From: an uncultured virus (IMG/VR IMGVR_UViG_3300048504_000529)
Lineage: Duplodnaviria; Heunggongvirae; Uroviricota; Caudoviricetes
Length of the DNA stretch: 64,000 bases
Strand: one strand, 5' to 3'
IMG/VR virus record: IMGVR_UViG_3300048504_000529
A model generated the notes under the pieces. That model had not been told where the DNA came from, did no database searches, and was given only the letters and a program-made list of their open reading frames with translations. Position 1 is the first letter of the stretch, and each line of letters begins with the position of its first letter. Both the position numbers and the translations under genes were made by a program. Shown in pieces: positions 10,305-19,844 of the stretch.

Positions 10305-10970
10305 ATGATAATGATGAAGTTTAAAAAAATTAAAAATATATGTTGGAGTTGTTTAATGTTTGTATGTGCAGGAATTGCCATCGTGTTATTGGCAGGTTCA
10401 AGTTGTAAAACAAAAACTGATATGCGTGAGTTGATTGATATACCTGTAATGGAAGGTGATGCTATTGAAACTACCCACCAACCAAAGAATTACATTGATC
10501 GTCATACCATAGGTAGGCACTTTTCAATGCAAAAATCAGCAAATTGGGTTCAAACAAAAGTTCCAACTGATTTTAATGTGATTATGCTTGATTCTCATTA
10601 TCGTTATGTTGATTATTATCACTTTCGCAAATTTAATAATTGGTTCAGAAAACTTATGCATGAAGCAGGAATTCAACCTGGTATTGAAAACAATCATCAA
10701 GCACTTGATTGTGATAACTTCGCAATGTTATACAAATCACTTATGGGTGTTAGTGCATATAAAAGTGGAGATAAACTTGAAATGGGAGTAGCAGTAATTG
10801 TTGTTCGTCAAGTCAATGAATTTGGTGGAATACCAGGAACCGGTGGACTTCATATGCTGAATTTGATATTTACACCAGGTAAGTGGCTCATTTACGAACC
10901 ACAAACCAATGAATATATTCGTCTTGAAGATTATCCAAATCAAGAATTCGTTCAATATATGATTTTATGA
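10305..10970 (+). CDS. Putative lipoprotein with papain/transglutaminase-like (MOA agglutinin C-terminal-like) domain
   Basis: Signal peptide ending LAGSSC; DCDNFA, HMLN, YEPQT as candidate catalytic residues; strong GGAG RBS. Confidence 0.55.
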   Translation: MIMMKFKKIKNICWSCLMFVCAGIAIVLLAGSSCKTKTDMRELIDIPVMEGDAIETTHQPKNYIDRHTIGRHFSMQKSANWVQTKVPTDFNVIMLDSHYRYVDYYHFRKFNNWFRKLMHEAGIQPGIENNHQALDCDNFAMLYKSLMGVSAYKSGDKLEMGVAVIVVRQVNEFGGIPGTGGLHMLNLIFTPGKWLIYEPQTNEYIRLEDYPNQEFVQYMIL

Positions 10971-11599
10971 AACCTCATAAATTTAAAAAACTAGGAAGAC
11001 AAAATTTATTGATTATTTTTCAATCAATGAATGCACATTTATATAAAGAAGAAAATGCAAATAAATTTGAACTTGAAGGTACATTTTCAAAACCAGAAAA
11101 TGATGTAAGTTCTTGTGATTATTTATTTATCAAAGATGAAATTAGGCCTGCTCTTGGTGGTGGATGGTATTTAAATCCAAGTGAATCTGTATACGAACTT
11201 ATAGATTTTTTAAGTAAGCAGAAAAAAGATTACAACAAAATTTGTGCAACAGGTATTAGTGCAGGAGGATTTGCTAGTATACTATTTGGTAGTTTGTGTA
11301 TGTTTGATTTAGTTCTCGCAGTTGACCCTCAAACAATCTTATATGATTTTGAAACTAATAAACCTCTTCATAATGCAGATGATACCTATTTAGACTTAAA
11401 ACCACACATTAACAATACCACAAAGTATTATATGTATAATAATGGTAAAGAAAAGTATAAAGAGTGTGACTTTGATGGTAAACTCCACCATAAAATTAAT
11501 TCATATAGACTTAGAAAATTTGATAATGTATTTGTTGAAAGATTTGGTAATGTAGCAAGTGGTAATTGGAAATCAATCTTAAAAAACAACGGGTTTTAA
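10967..11599 (+). CDS. Alpha/beta-hydrolase-like protein, paralogue 2
   Basis: GISAGGFASILFG, DPQT. Confidence 0.65.
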   Translation: MKPHKFKKLGRQNLLIIFQSMNAHLYKEENANKFELEGTFSKPENDVSSCDYLFIKDEIRPALGGGWYLNPSESVYELIDFLSKQKKDYNKICATGISAGGFASILFGSLCMFDLVLAVDPQTILYDFETNKPLHNADDTYLDLKPHINNTTKYYMYNNGKEKYKECDFDGKLHHKINSYRLRKFDNVFVERFGNVASGNWKSILKNNGF

Positions 11600-11644
11600 G
11601 AAATTTAATCTAAATCACTTTTCTTTAATATTTTTTTATTTATC

Positions 11645-12484
11645 ATGAGCAAAATTAAACTACTTACATACGGAAATTGTCAACTTTGTGTTGTCAGTAA
11701 CTACTTAGAAAAATACTTTTCAAACGAATTTGATATAATATCATGCGAAGATTGTAATTTAGAAACTTTTTATAATAATTCCAAAACCTTTTGTGTTTGG
11801 AAACCAGGATATAATAAAGAAAATCAAAACAAATATTATGAATGTGTTCACGAAAAAATTGCAGAAGCAGATGTTTTTCTTTTTCAAGATCATAGTGGAA
11901 ATGATAACATTGATTATTTAAAAACCGAATATCTTCAAAACGAAATAGCAAAAAAGCATAACACTCAATGTATTGCAGTTCACAACTATTTGGAAGAGAA
12001 TATTTATGCAGAACACAAATGGATGATAAAATATGCAATTTCAAAAGGAATTACCGATGCGAATGAAATTGATGCGTTTCTTCGCAAAAGTAATGATTCT
12101 TATTTTGCGGAATATATGAAAGAAAGTTTTAAAAAATCAAGAATCCGTAATAAAGAATGGGAGAATAAAGCAAACGATATTTACTATGATTATATTTCCA
12201 TGAATGATTTTATTATGGATAACTACGACAAAAAATTGCTAAGTCATGCTCTGAACCACCCGACTGAACATTATTTCGTGGAATTTATCACTAGAATTTT
12301 AAACAAATTTAATTTGAAATTTGATGAAAGCACGATTTGTGAATTTGATCAACCAGATTGGGTTGTGCATCCGTATGATTATGAGTTTTTTAACAAAGCA
12401 TTTCCCAATATCATTGATTCCTGTAAAAGAAATCGTGATCTTACTGCTGAAAAAATAAATTCTATTTTAGAAAATTTACTCTAA
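11645..12484 (+). CDS. WcbI-like polysaccharide biosynthesis protein
   Basis: YGNCQ, ADVFLFQ, LNHPT. Confidence 0.7.
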   Translation: MSKIKLLTYGNCQLCVVSNYLEKYFSNEFDIISCEDCNLETFYNNSKTFCVWKPGYNKENQNKYYECVHEKIAEADVFLFQDHSGNDNIDYLKTEYLQNEIAKKHNTQCIAVHNYLEENIYAEHKWMIKYAISKGITDANEIDAFLRKSNDSYFAEYMKESFKKSRIRNKEWENKANDIYYDYISMNDFIMDNYDKKLLSHALNHPTEHYFVEFITRILNKFNLKFDESTICEFDQPDWVVHPYDYEFFNKAFPNIIDSCKRNRDLTAEKINSILENLL

Positions 12485-12772
12485 ATCACCTTCTTTGTGT
12501 GTTTCTACAACACAATCTTCAAGAGGTTTGGCAACACAACTAAGAAAATAACCTTCTGAGATTTGTTCATCATCAAGAAACAATTGATCTTCTTGATCTA
12601 CACTTCCACTTATTAGTTTGCAGGTGCAACTTGAACAACTTCCATTTCTGCACGAATATGGTAAATTGTGATCAGCATCTTCTGCTGATTCGAGGATGCT
12701 AATATCCTCATCGCATTCGAACTCAGATTCATCTCCTTCAGGAGATTTGATTGTTATTTTATATTCTGCCAT
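12476..12772 (-). CDS. petF: Plant-type [2Fe-2S] ferredoxin
   Basis: LPYSCRNGSCSSC and LSCVA (Cx4Cx2C..C); acidic 98 aa. Confidence 0.92.
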   Translation of the reverse strand: MAEYKITIKSPEGDESEFECDEDISILESAEDADHNLPYSCRNGSCSSCTCKLISGSVDQEDQLFLDDEQISEGYFLSCVAKPLEDCVVETHKEGDLE

Positions 12773-12789
12773 AATCTATAAGTATTTAG

Positions 12790-13245
12790 TTACCAACTAC
12801 AATTATAATAAACTCTGTATTTTTTCTTGATTGCTTGTTTTGCGTTTTCTACAAACTTCAAATCCATTTCTTTGTAGTAGTAATTTTCTTGAATTTTATC
12901 TTCTCCACCACCTTCTTTATTCCAAGTGTAAGAATCACTTCCGAAGAAAAATCCACCTGTTTCGGGAAGTTCTTGATTTAGAATTGCCTCTTCAAGATAC
13001 TCAATATCAGAAGCATCTAGTTGTAATTCAATTCCATTGAAACCACCACTTGAATAATCGTCTTCATCCTCTTCGTCTTCATCTTCGTCATACGAAGTAG
13101 CAGGAACAGGACATCCTTTTGATTCCCATAGTTGCTCCATATATCCTTGCAAACGATTATGCTTTCTCCACTCCTCAAGATGCTCATCTTCATCAGAATT
13201 GCGTTTTCTAGGAGGCCTGCAATATGCCCATTGATCTAATCCCAT
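12790..13245 (-). CDS. Conserved phage hypothetical protein
   Basis: MGLDQ, WRKHN, GFFFG, YYNCSW pattern. Confidence 0.7.
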   Translation of the reverse strand: MGLDQWAYCRPPRKRNSDEDEHLEEWRKHNRLQGYMEQLWESKGCPVPATSYDEDEDEEDEDDYSSGGFNGIELQLDASDIEYLEEAILNQELPETGGFFFGSDSYTWNKEGGGEDKIQENYYYKEMDLKFVENAKQAIKKKYRVYYNCSW

Positions 13246-13317
13246 TTTATTATTCTTTCTGTATATAATTAAATTAACATCTTAGTGTTTTTAACAAATA
13301 ATGTCAACGAGTTAATT

Positions 13318-14199
13318 TTAATTTTCTTTTATGAAATTCTTAAATAGTAAATAATCAAATTTGGTTTTATTTTTGTAAGCATTTTGTGCTTGCTTATCAA
13401 GATCAGTAAGTTTTAGATTTTGCTTATCTGGATTTCTATTACGATTTGTCTGTATAAACTCACAATCTTTTAATGTAATATTATATGATTTTTTAAATAC
13501 ATCATTTATAGAATCTTCCGCATTTAATGTAAATGTAAAATCATCAAGAAAATCTATAACATAATCAAAATCATGTTGATTTAATGCATCGGAGTAGATT
13601 TTTCCACTTAAACTGCGAATCACCCAACTATCTTCAAGTTGATCTGACATTATATATCCACGTAAACTATCGCATAATATTTTTTTGTGGTTTGGTTCGT
13701 GTGATGATGAATCTTCACACAAATAAGCATGAGCACTTAATACTCGTTGAAACGGAGAACGCAAAGTTCCAAAGCATTTATAGTTTGAGTTTGCAACATC
13801 ACAAAGAGCATAAGCCGCATCAAACGATGGTCGTAAATCAATTAGATTTTTAATATCACCCCAATAAAAATCAGGTTCAATAACAATAGAAAATAATTCT
13901 ATTTCAGAATTTTTGATTAAAGAAAATAATTTAAAGATGCTCAACTCAGAAGAATAATCATCTACTTTCGTTACGATTTCTGAATTATCATAAACTTCTT
14001 TAGGAGTAAAAGCAAATATTGTAAGCATTCCATGATTTGGAATAATTACTTTTAATTTTTGAAGTTGACGATTATCTTGTTGTTCGTTACTTTCTAATCG
14101 GTTACGATAATATTGACGAAACAATGAATGCATACATCCAAGAACAAATGTTCCTGCACACTTTGGAATATGAAAAAATATTGGAATAATAGGTTTCAT
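13318..14199 (-). CDS. Sulfotransferase-like protein
   Basis: FFHIPKCAGT, LRSPFQRVLS, HEP and EDSW shared with 9378-10238. Confidence 0.75.
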   Translation of the reverse strand: MKPIIPIFFHIPKCAGTFVLGCMHSLFRQYYRNRLESNEQQDNRQLQKLKVIIPNHGMLTIFAFTPKEVYDNSEIVTKVDDYSSELSIFKLFSLIKNSEIELFSIVIEPDFYWGDIKNLIDLRPSFDAAYALCDVANSNYKCFGTLRSPFQRVLSAHAYLCEDSSSHEPNHKKILCDSLRGYIMSDQLEDSWVIRSLSGKIYSDALNQHDFDYVIDFLDDFTFTLNAEDSINDVFKKSYNITLKDCEFIQTNRNRNPDKQNLKLTDLDKQAQNAYKNKTKFDYLLFKNFIKEN

Positions 14200-14240
14200 T
14201 ATTATATAAGTATAATCAACCTATTTTATATACTTTATTG

Positions 14241-14636
14241 TCAGTTAATGTGTAAGAATTCTAAATTGTTTCCTTTTGCAAAATCCTTGGCAAGAGTAAT
14301 TACACTCGTTTCGTGTTCTACCTCAGAATTGGTTTTGTGACACCATTTAGTTTCAGGATAAATTTCTTTTGCAGTTTCCTCGTTGTCATCCCATATGGTG
14401 AATTTAAATTCAAATTCATTTTCTTTCAACCAATCAGCAGGTTTAAAGTTTCTGTAATAATACTCAATCATATCTCCGTGTTTGTGATACTCAAACTCCA
14501 AATACCAATCAATGTATGGTGATGCACTGCTTTTGGTTTGAATATATCGTTTGAATCTATGCAACAATTCATCTAAAGAATCAGAAGTTTTATCAGTTTT
14601 TTTAAACTGAACGGATATTCCTGCTTTGTATCCCAT
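14241..14636 (-). CDS. Hypothetical protein
   Basis: 131-aa ORF in a tightly packed operon. Confidence 0.7.
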   Translation of the reverse strand: MGYKAGISVQFKKTDKTSDSLDELLHRFKRYIQTKSSASPYIDWYLEFEYHKHGDMIEYYYRNFKPADWLKENEFEFKFTIWDDNEETAKEIYPETKWCHKTNSEVEHETSVITLAKDFAKGNNLEFLHIN

Positions 14637-15052
14637 TACAAATTTCCTTCGTAAGACTTTCCGGTCTTTAAGTCGTAAAGCACCAAATCTTTAAATTCTG
14701 CTTTGTGTTCATCAACAAAGTCAAACGCATCATTATAGTCATTGGATGTATAAATCAGTTCGTTTTCAGTTGAATTTACATTGCGAATTTCAAAACGATA
14801 ATTGATCATTCTGACAATATACAAATGAGCATTTTCTTTGTTGTATTCATTGGCATATTCATATGCTTCTGATTTTGTATCAAACGCAGGATTGATAGTT
14901 GGATCAGTTCTCCATTTGTGATCGTATGCTTGATAGTAAATTTCTCCGATTTGAGTTAAATCAAAGGTCTCGGTGACTTTAATGCTTTGTTGTTTTGTGG
15001 TATTACATCCAATTAGTAATACACACGATAATATTGCTATTGTTTTATTCAT
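14636..15052 (-). CDS. Putative lipoprotein
   Basis: Lipobox LIGC after a short signal peptide. Confidence 0.7.
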   Translation of the reverse strand: MNKTIAILSCVLLIGCNTTKQQSIKVTETFDLTQIGEIYYQAYDHKWRTDPTINPAFDTKSEAYEYANEYNKENAHLYIVRMINYRFEIRNVNSTENELIYTSNDYNDAFDFVDEHKAEFKDLVLYDLKTGKSYEGNL

Positions 15053-15380
15053 AAAAATTTTCTTCTACGGTTACAAGTTCACCTTGTGCATAATAGTCTA
15101 AAACATCAGTAACCATTTCTTCGTCAATTTTTTGTTTGTCGGGCCATTCATTGTAAGCAATTTTGTTTGTTTCAGCAAGTTCCCACAATTCAGTTTCTTT
15201 GTCGGGACCGAACAATTGTACATCCATTGGTTTTTGATAATATTCGGTTACCATATGCTCCTCGTTGTGATAGCAAGTTGCTAAATATCCATTGCTGAAA
15301 AAGAAATCTGCGTGTTGACAATCGTCTAACACGTCTTCGGTGAATTGTGCACCGTGTCTTTCAATTCTTAAAGATAGCAT
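15045..15380 (-). CDS. Hypothetical protein
   Basis: Acidic 111-aa ORF overlapping neighbours. Confidence 0.65.
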   Translation of the reverse strand: MLSLRIERHGAQFTEDVLDDCQHADFFFSNGYLATCYHNEEHMVTEYYQKPMDVQLFGPDKETELWELAETNKIAYNEWPDKQKIDEEMVTDVLDYYAQGELVTVEENFYE

Positions 15381-15561
15381 TTTTTGTAATTAGTTTACAC
15401 TTTTTAATCAAGTCCAAATAAACGAATCCACCTTTCATTGATTTGTATGCACGAACCTTGTATGGTTTATCTTGTGTTTCTGTAATCAAATAAAACTCAC
15501 GAACTCCAAGCAAATTTCTGATTGAAATGAGTTGACCTGGTTTTGTATTTGCTACGATCAT
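15361..15561 (-). CDS. Hypothetical protein
   Basis: 66-aa ORF in operon. Confidence 0.55.
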   Translation of the reverse strand: MIVANTKPGQLISIRNLLGVREFYLITETQDKPYKVRAYKSMKGGFVYLDLIKKCKLITKNAIFKN

Positions 15562-15791
15562 GATACTTTTTCAATAATTTCGTAATCTTGTTTGCGATAT
15601 CCATCAATACTTCGTGTGTAAAATCCACCACGTGGTTTTGTTGAGTCTTCTACCCATGCAAACGAACTTTTCTTTGCATATGCTTTAATTTCTGATTCAG
15701 TTCCTTCTAATACCAATTCTGATACTTCTGTATTTCCCCATGTATTGTTGGTAACTAATTGATATTTTTTGTTGCTTTTAAACAATTTCAT
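15558..15791 (-). CDS. Small hypothetical protein of the GTxxEIxxYA family
   Basis: Start moved to internal ATG; motif shared with 41932-42219 and 42228-42431. Confidence 0.55.
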   Translation of the reverse strand: MKLFKSNKKYQLVTNNTWGNTEVSELVLEGTESEIKAYAKKSSFAWVEDSTKPRGGFYTRSIDGYRKQDYEIIEKVS

Positions 15792-15810
15792 TTTTCTGCT
15801 GTCTTTCTGT

Positions 15811-16017
15811 TTATTGTAAAACAAGGTTGTTGTCTTCGTGTATTGTTTTTCCTGTTAGATACAAATGAATTGTGTTCACTTCTTCTGGAAATGCTTTAGC
15901 AAGTTTCACTCGGTTTTCACCATCTGCGTTTGCAATCAATCTAAATAGATTTGCAGTAAACCATGTTCCCTTGCCATGTAAAATTTCAGTTATATTTTCT
16001 TTGTCGTATTCAGTCAT
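15811..16017 (-). CDS. Conserved phage hypothetical protein
   Basis: AD..N..KL..AFPE motif. Confidence 0.65.
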   Translation of the reverse strand: MTEYDKENITEILHGKGTWFTANLFRLIANADGENRVKLAKAFPEEVNTIHLYLTGKTIHEDNNLVLQ

Positions 16018-16748
16018 TTTGTGTCTATGTTAAAGTCCACGCAATATGATACATTAGCGTGACGTTGAAGAAAACTTGCAGGTAATTCATCGGTGATGTC
16101 ACCAAGAATTGCTTGCTTAACTGCTTGCTTTTTGTTTTCTCCAAATGCCATCAAATAAATTTTCTTGGCAGATAAAATGGTTTTCATTCCCATTGTAATT
16201 GCATGACTTGGAACTAAATCAAATCCACCGAATGCAGAAGCTGCATCTCGTTTGGTGACATGGTGTAGTTCTATTTTGCGAGTGATGCTTACACCCGAAC
16301 TTCCTGGTTCATTGAATCCAATATGTCCATTTCTTCCAATTCCTAAAATCTGAATATCAAGACCACCGAGTTGTTGTATTGCTTTTTCATATCCAACACA
16401 ATAATCTTTAAGAAACACAGGTTCTACTTTGCTACTTGGAATGAAAATATTTTCTTTGGGAATATCAATATGATCAAACAAATGTTTGTGCATAAAGTGA
16501 TTGTAAGATTCGGGGTGATTTTCTGATAATCCACAATATTCATCAAGATTAAATGTGTATACATTTTCAAACGAAAGACTTGCTTCTTGATGCAAACGAA
16601 TCAATTCTTGATACAAAGGAATTGGAGTTGATCCTGTTGCAAGTCCTAATACCAAATGTTCGTTGTTCTGTTTTTTTTCTTCAATCGCATCGTAAATTTG
16701 AAATGCGATTAACTTTGCATGATTGTCTATAGTGTCTTGCGATATCAT
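16014..16748 (-). CDS. nagB: Glucosamine-6-phosphate deaminase
   Basis: VLGLATGSTP, TFNLDEY, LGIGRNGHIGFNEPG, AITMG, PASFLQ. Confidence 0.96.
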   Translation of the reverse strand: MISQDTIDNHAKLIAFQIYDAIEEKKQNNEHLVLGLATGSTPIPLYQELIRLHQEASLSFENVYTFNLDEYCGLSENHPESYNHFMHKHLFDHIDIPKENIFIPSSKVEPVFLKDYCVGYEKAIQQLGGLDIQILGIGRNGHIGFNEPGSSGVSITRKIELHHVTKRDAASAFGGFDLVPSHAITMGMKTILSAKKIYLMAFGENKKQAVKQAILGDITDELPASFLQRHANVSYCVDFNIDTK

Positions 16749-16757
16749 TTTTATATT

Positions 16758-16786
16758 ATAATAATTTTACATAAGGTTTTAGTCAA
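16758..16786 (-). promoter_or_regulatory. Sigma70-type promoter for nagB
   Basis: TTGACT-17 bp-TATTAT. Confidence 0.65.
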
Positions 16787-17105
16787 GATAATAATCTTCT
16801 TCGGGATTAAATGGTGGAAACAAAACACTTATAGGTGTCTCTCCTTTTTTTTGTTCAGTCTTTGTTTGAGTAAGAATTGCTTCGTATCGTATCTGTCCCG
16901 CAACTTCATGCCACAATCCCAATGCTATTTTTCTTTTAGAAAAAATTTTAGAGAAGTCGTGTATCATGTGATACGCAACAAACATTTGACTTTTTTCTCC
17001 GATGTCCATTACAGTTGAGCAGTTATTACTGAAGTTATCATTCCGATTGCAGTAAAAATTAAAGAATAAGTAATCCAAAAAAGTGCAGTATTCAATTCCA
17101 TTTTT

Positions 17106-17312
17106 CTAACTCCTTTGAAAATAATTTTCAACTTGCATTTCCCAATTTTCAAGTCGTTTTGCAGAAAGTGCATAACCGATTCGTTTGTTCCACAGACCAA
17201 TTTCCTTGTTTTTAATGAATACTTGGTTAATGTAAATTTTTCCACCGTATTCTTCTTCACCGATGAAGCGATGTTCATCAATTTTAATATCAAATTTTCT
17301 TGTTTCTCTCAT
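17106..17312 (-). CDS. Hypothetical protein
   Basis: 68-aa ORF abutting the upstream gene. Confidence 0.55.
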   Translation of the reverse strand: MRETRKFDIKIDEHRFIGEEEYGGKIYINQVFIKNKEIGLWNKRIGYALSAKRLENWEMQVENYFQRS

Positions 17313-17798
17313 TTATGCTACCTTTTCTACATCGTGTTTTTGAACCAAATTCTTTTGGTACTCTATCAATCGGTTCGTTGATTCTTTTTTATTCATTCCC
17401 CAGAATCCCATATTACGAGCATAATCCTTTACTCTTGCAGATTTGTCGTAAGTGTAAGCAAGATGCTCAAGAACCCAATCTACCCGACCTTTAAGACAAC
17501 CGGTGCGACTTTGATACATTGCGAGCAAGTTTGTAAGACCACCCTTTTCGGTAAATGCTTTGTCTATTCTACGCAACACCCAACGAAGCAAATTCAATTC
17601 CTTCTTGGAAATGCTATGCCAATAATGCCACTCTGGAATATCTTTGATAACATAATTGGCAAGTGCTTTAGTACGTTTGGTTTTTGCATACTTGGTGAAA
17701 ATTTCTTCTGCAAGGAAAATGGTATCTTTGCACCACTCGTGTCCTGCCATAGTAGGCTGTGTAAACCAATCAGACTTTCTAGTTTTTGTGAATCTCAT
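17313..17798 (-). CDS. Hypothetical early protein
   Basis: Start moved to ATG 17798 downstream of the promoter cassette. Confidence 0.7.
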   Translation of the reverse strand: MRFTKTRKSDWFTQPTMAGHEWCKDTIFLAEEIFTKYAKTKRTKALANYVIKDIPEWHYWHSISKKELNLLRWVLRRIDKAFTEKGGLTNLLAMYQSRTGCLKGRVDWVLEHLAYTYDKSARVKDYARNMGFWGMNKKESTNRLIEYQKNLVQKHDVEKVA

Positions 17799-17807
17799 TT
17801 TTCTCTC

Positions 17808-17874
17808 TTTTTTCTTGTTCTCTTTTCTCACTCTCAATACAAGTATACTACCATAGATATTATAATAAGTCAAG
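17808..17874 (-). promoter_or_regulatory. Repeated early promoter cassette
   Basis: TTGACT(17873-17868)-17-TAGTAT(17850-17845) plus purine-rich leader; 17808-17853 identical to 41660-41705. Confidence 0.85.
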
Positions 17875-18136
17875 TTTTATTTTCAAGTAAATCGTCAATT
17901 GCTCCACTTTCTGCGTATTCAAATACTCGTTTCCAAGATGCTTCGTATTCATCCATTCCTTCTAAAGTTCCTGGATATCCTGCGTCTATAATAGTTTGAC
18001 GATATCGCATTTCTTCTTCGTATGCTAAACTATCTGCTTTGAGGTCTTCAAGTTCAGATGCGTATCGTTCTCGTGTATCATCGTATTGTGATCCGAAAAC
18101 ATGATCGTAGTGTTCTTGTGCTTGTGAAAACGTCAT
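17870..18136 (-). CDS. Hypothetical acidic protein
   Basis: 88 aa; TGA stop lies inside the -35 box of the next promoter. Confidence 0.65.
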   Translation of the reverse strand: MTFSQAQEHYDHVFGSQYDDTRERYASELEDLKADSLAYEEEMRYRQTIIDAGYPGTLEGMDEYEASWKRVFEYAESGAIDDLLENKT

Positions 18137-18318
18137 TGATTATCTATATTAAAGATTGCTCTGTAAATTCCTTTTATATGAAATGTAATTCTGTTGAGAT
18201 GATTGTGTTTGATGTGTTGCCAAATGCATTTTGTATGAAATCGAATCTGCTCAGGCCTTGCCACTTAAACTTGGTAACTCCTTTTTTGAAACTCTCTCTT
18301 AATCATCATTACAAGTAT

Positions 18319-18347
18319 ATACTACGAAAATTCTTATAAAAAGTCAA
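18319..18347 (-). promoter_or_regulatory. Early promoter, repeat family
   Basis: TTGACT-17-TAGTAT. Confidence 0.8.
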
Positions 18348-18796
18348 GCATTATTTTTGATTTCCACATAAAAATCTACTTTTAATTTGAAAGCATTCCA
18401 ACGAAAATTATCTGCATCGTAATATTCTGATAATAAATGTACGGCAGACAATCTATGAGAACCATCACAGAATCCACCATTGACTATGATTATCGGTGGA
18501 AGGTCAAGAAGGGTGTTAGAATTCGTTTGAAGATACAAAGCATACTCAATACACTTATTGGTCAAAGCATCGTTTTGAATGCCTTTACGGACATTTTCAA
18601 GCACATTTTGATAATATGGTACAATCTTATAGTAATCTCCTGTAGCATTTGGTGTTTTTTCACCATATATCTGCCCATTATACTTGGCAACAAACCTGAA
18701 TATCTCATTCTTGGTGAAATACTTTCTATACAGAAACTCCACATTATCAAGGTTGGGAGTTCCTCCCGTAGTTCCTTGTTGCGGAACAGAACTCAT
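18344..18796 (-). CDS. ParB/Srx-like domain protein
   Basis: PPIIIV..DGSHRL. Confidence 0.6.
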   Translation of the reverse strand: MSSVPQQGTTGGTPNLDNVEFLYRKYFTKNEIFRFVAKYNGQIYGEKTPNATGDYYKIVPYYQNVLENVRKGIQNDALTNKCIEYALYLQTNSNTLLDLPPIIIVNGGFCDGSHRLSAVHLLSEYYDADNFRWNAFKLKVDFYVEIKNNA

Positions 18797-19075
18797 TTAA
18801 TATTTTTTACTCGCAAACTTATCGTAATTTGTATACGGAGGAACATCTCCATTTTCAAGAATTTTTTCATCTTCGTAAGGAGCAACAAGTCTACGATAAA
18901 TTTCTAACTTGGCATTTTCCAATGCTCCTGTTACATCGTTAAATGTTTGATAACATTTTCCGTTTTGTTCAATGTAGTCGTTGACCAACTGATTGATTGC
19001 GTAATTTAGAATACCACAATGCTCAAGTTTATTGGCATCGTACTTCTCTTTATCTTTATTATCTATATATGGCAT
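18797..19075 (-). CDS. Conserved phage protein (DUF6899-like)
   Basis: MPYI, G.LNY.I, GALE.AKLE.YRR..APYED.KI.ENGDV. Confidence 0.7.
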   Translation of the reverse strand: MPYIDNKDKEKYDANKLEHCGILNYAINQLVNDYIEQNGKCYQTFNDVTGALENAKLEIYRRLVAPYEDEKILENGDVPPYTNYDKFASKKY

Positions 19076-19142
19076 AATGACTCCATATTATTACATCGTA
19101 CAAAATAGTCAAACAAAATAGTCAAACAAAATATTTATATTC

Positions 19143-19844
19143 ATGGACCTACAAAAAACTTTAGATGAAATAAACTCGTTGGAAAAAACAGAAAAATCAT
19201 TCATTAAAATTGGTGGTAAAAATAAAAAACTTATTGTTTCGTTTGCAAGCAATGAACACACTGGATTTGAACGTAAAACCTCATTGGTCAAATTAAGAGA
19301 AAGTCGCAACGACTTTGATATTTTATATTTAAGAAGTCCATTCACTTGGTATCTACTAGGACTCAACGGAATTGGAAACGATATAAATGACACAATATAT
19401 TTTCTAGAAAAAGAATTCAAATTATACGATTCCGTAATTTGTCTTGGAAATAGTTCAGGTGGTTTTGCGAGTATTTTATTTGGTAGCATTCTTAAATCTG
19501 ATTTTGTCATTTCACTTATTGGTCAAACTGATCTTGAATATTGTTTAAAAAATTTATCAATAGAACATTTAGGTCACGATAAGTTATTGGACATCAAAAC
19601 AAATCATCCTGAAGTTTGGTTGAAATATAATGACCTATCCAAAGTTATTATAAATGATGTGTCTTATCGTTTATTTTATAATAGTGATCAATATTGGATT
19701 GATAAGCAATGCAACGATTCATTGATATTACACGATTCGCATCATTTAAATAATATTATTAATTTTGATTCTGTTTCAACTTTTGAAAGTGAACCAGAAG
19801 GACCAAATGTTCTCAAACAAATAAGAAATTGTTTTGATAATTAA
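19143..19844 (+). CDS. Alpha/beta-hydrolase-like protein, paralogue 3
   Basis: GNSSGG, QTDLEY; clearly similar to 1074-1757. Confidence 0.65.
   Translation: MDLQKTLDEINSLEKTEKSFIKIGGKNKKLIVSFASNEHTGFERKTSLVKLRESRNDFDILYLRSPFTWYLLGLNGIGNDINDTIYFLEKEFKLYDSVICLGNSSGGFASILFGSILKSDFVISLIGQTDLEYCLKNLSIEHLGHDKLLDIKTNHPEVWLKYNDLSKVIINDVSYRLFYNSDQYWIDKQCNDSLILHDSHHLNNIINFDSVSTFESEPEGPNVLKQIRNCFDN

Noticed and set aside
17799..17873. Shared N-terminal peptide MT(F/Y)YN..GSI.VL in ORFs at 17873, 42925 and 63801
   Set aside because: Artefact of starting at the TTG of the -35 box; better ATG starts lie downstream
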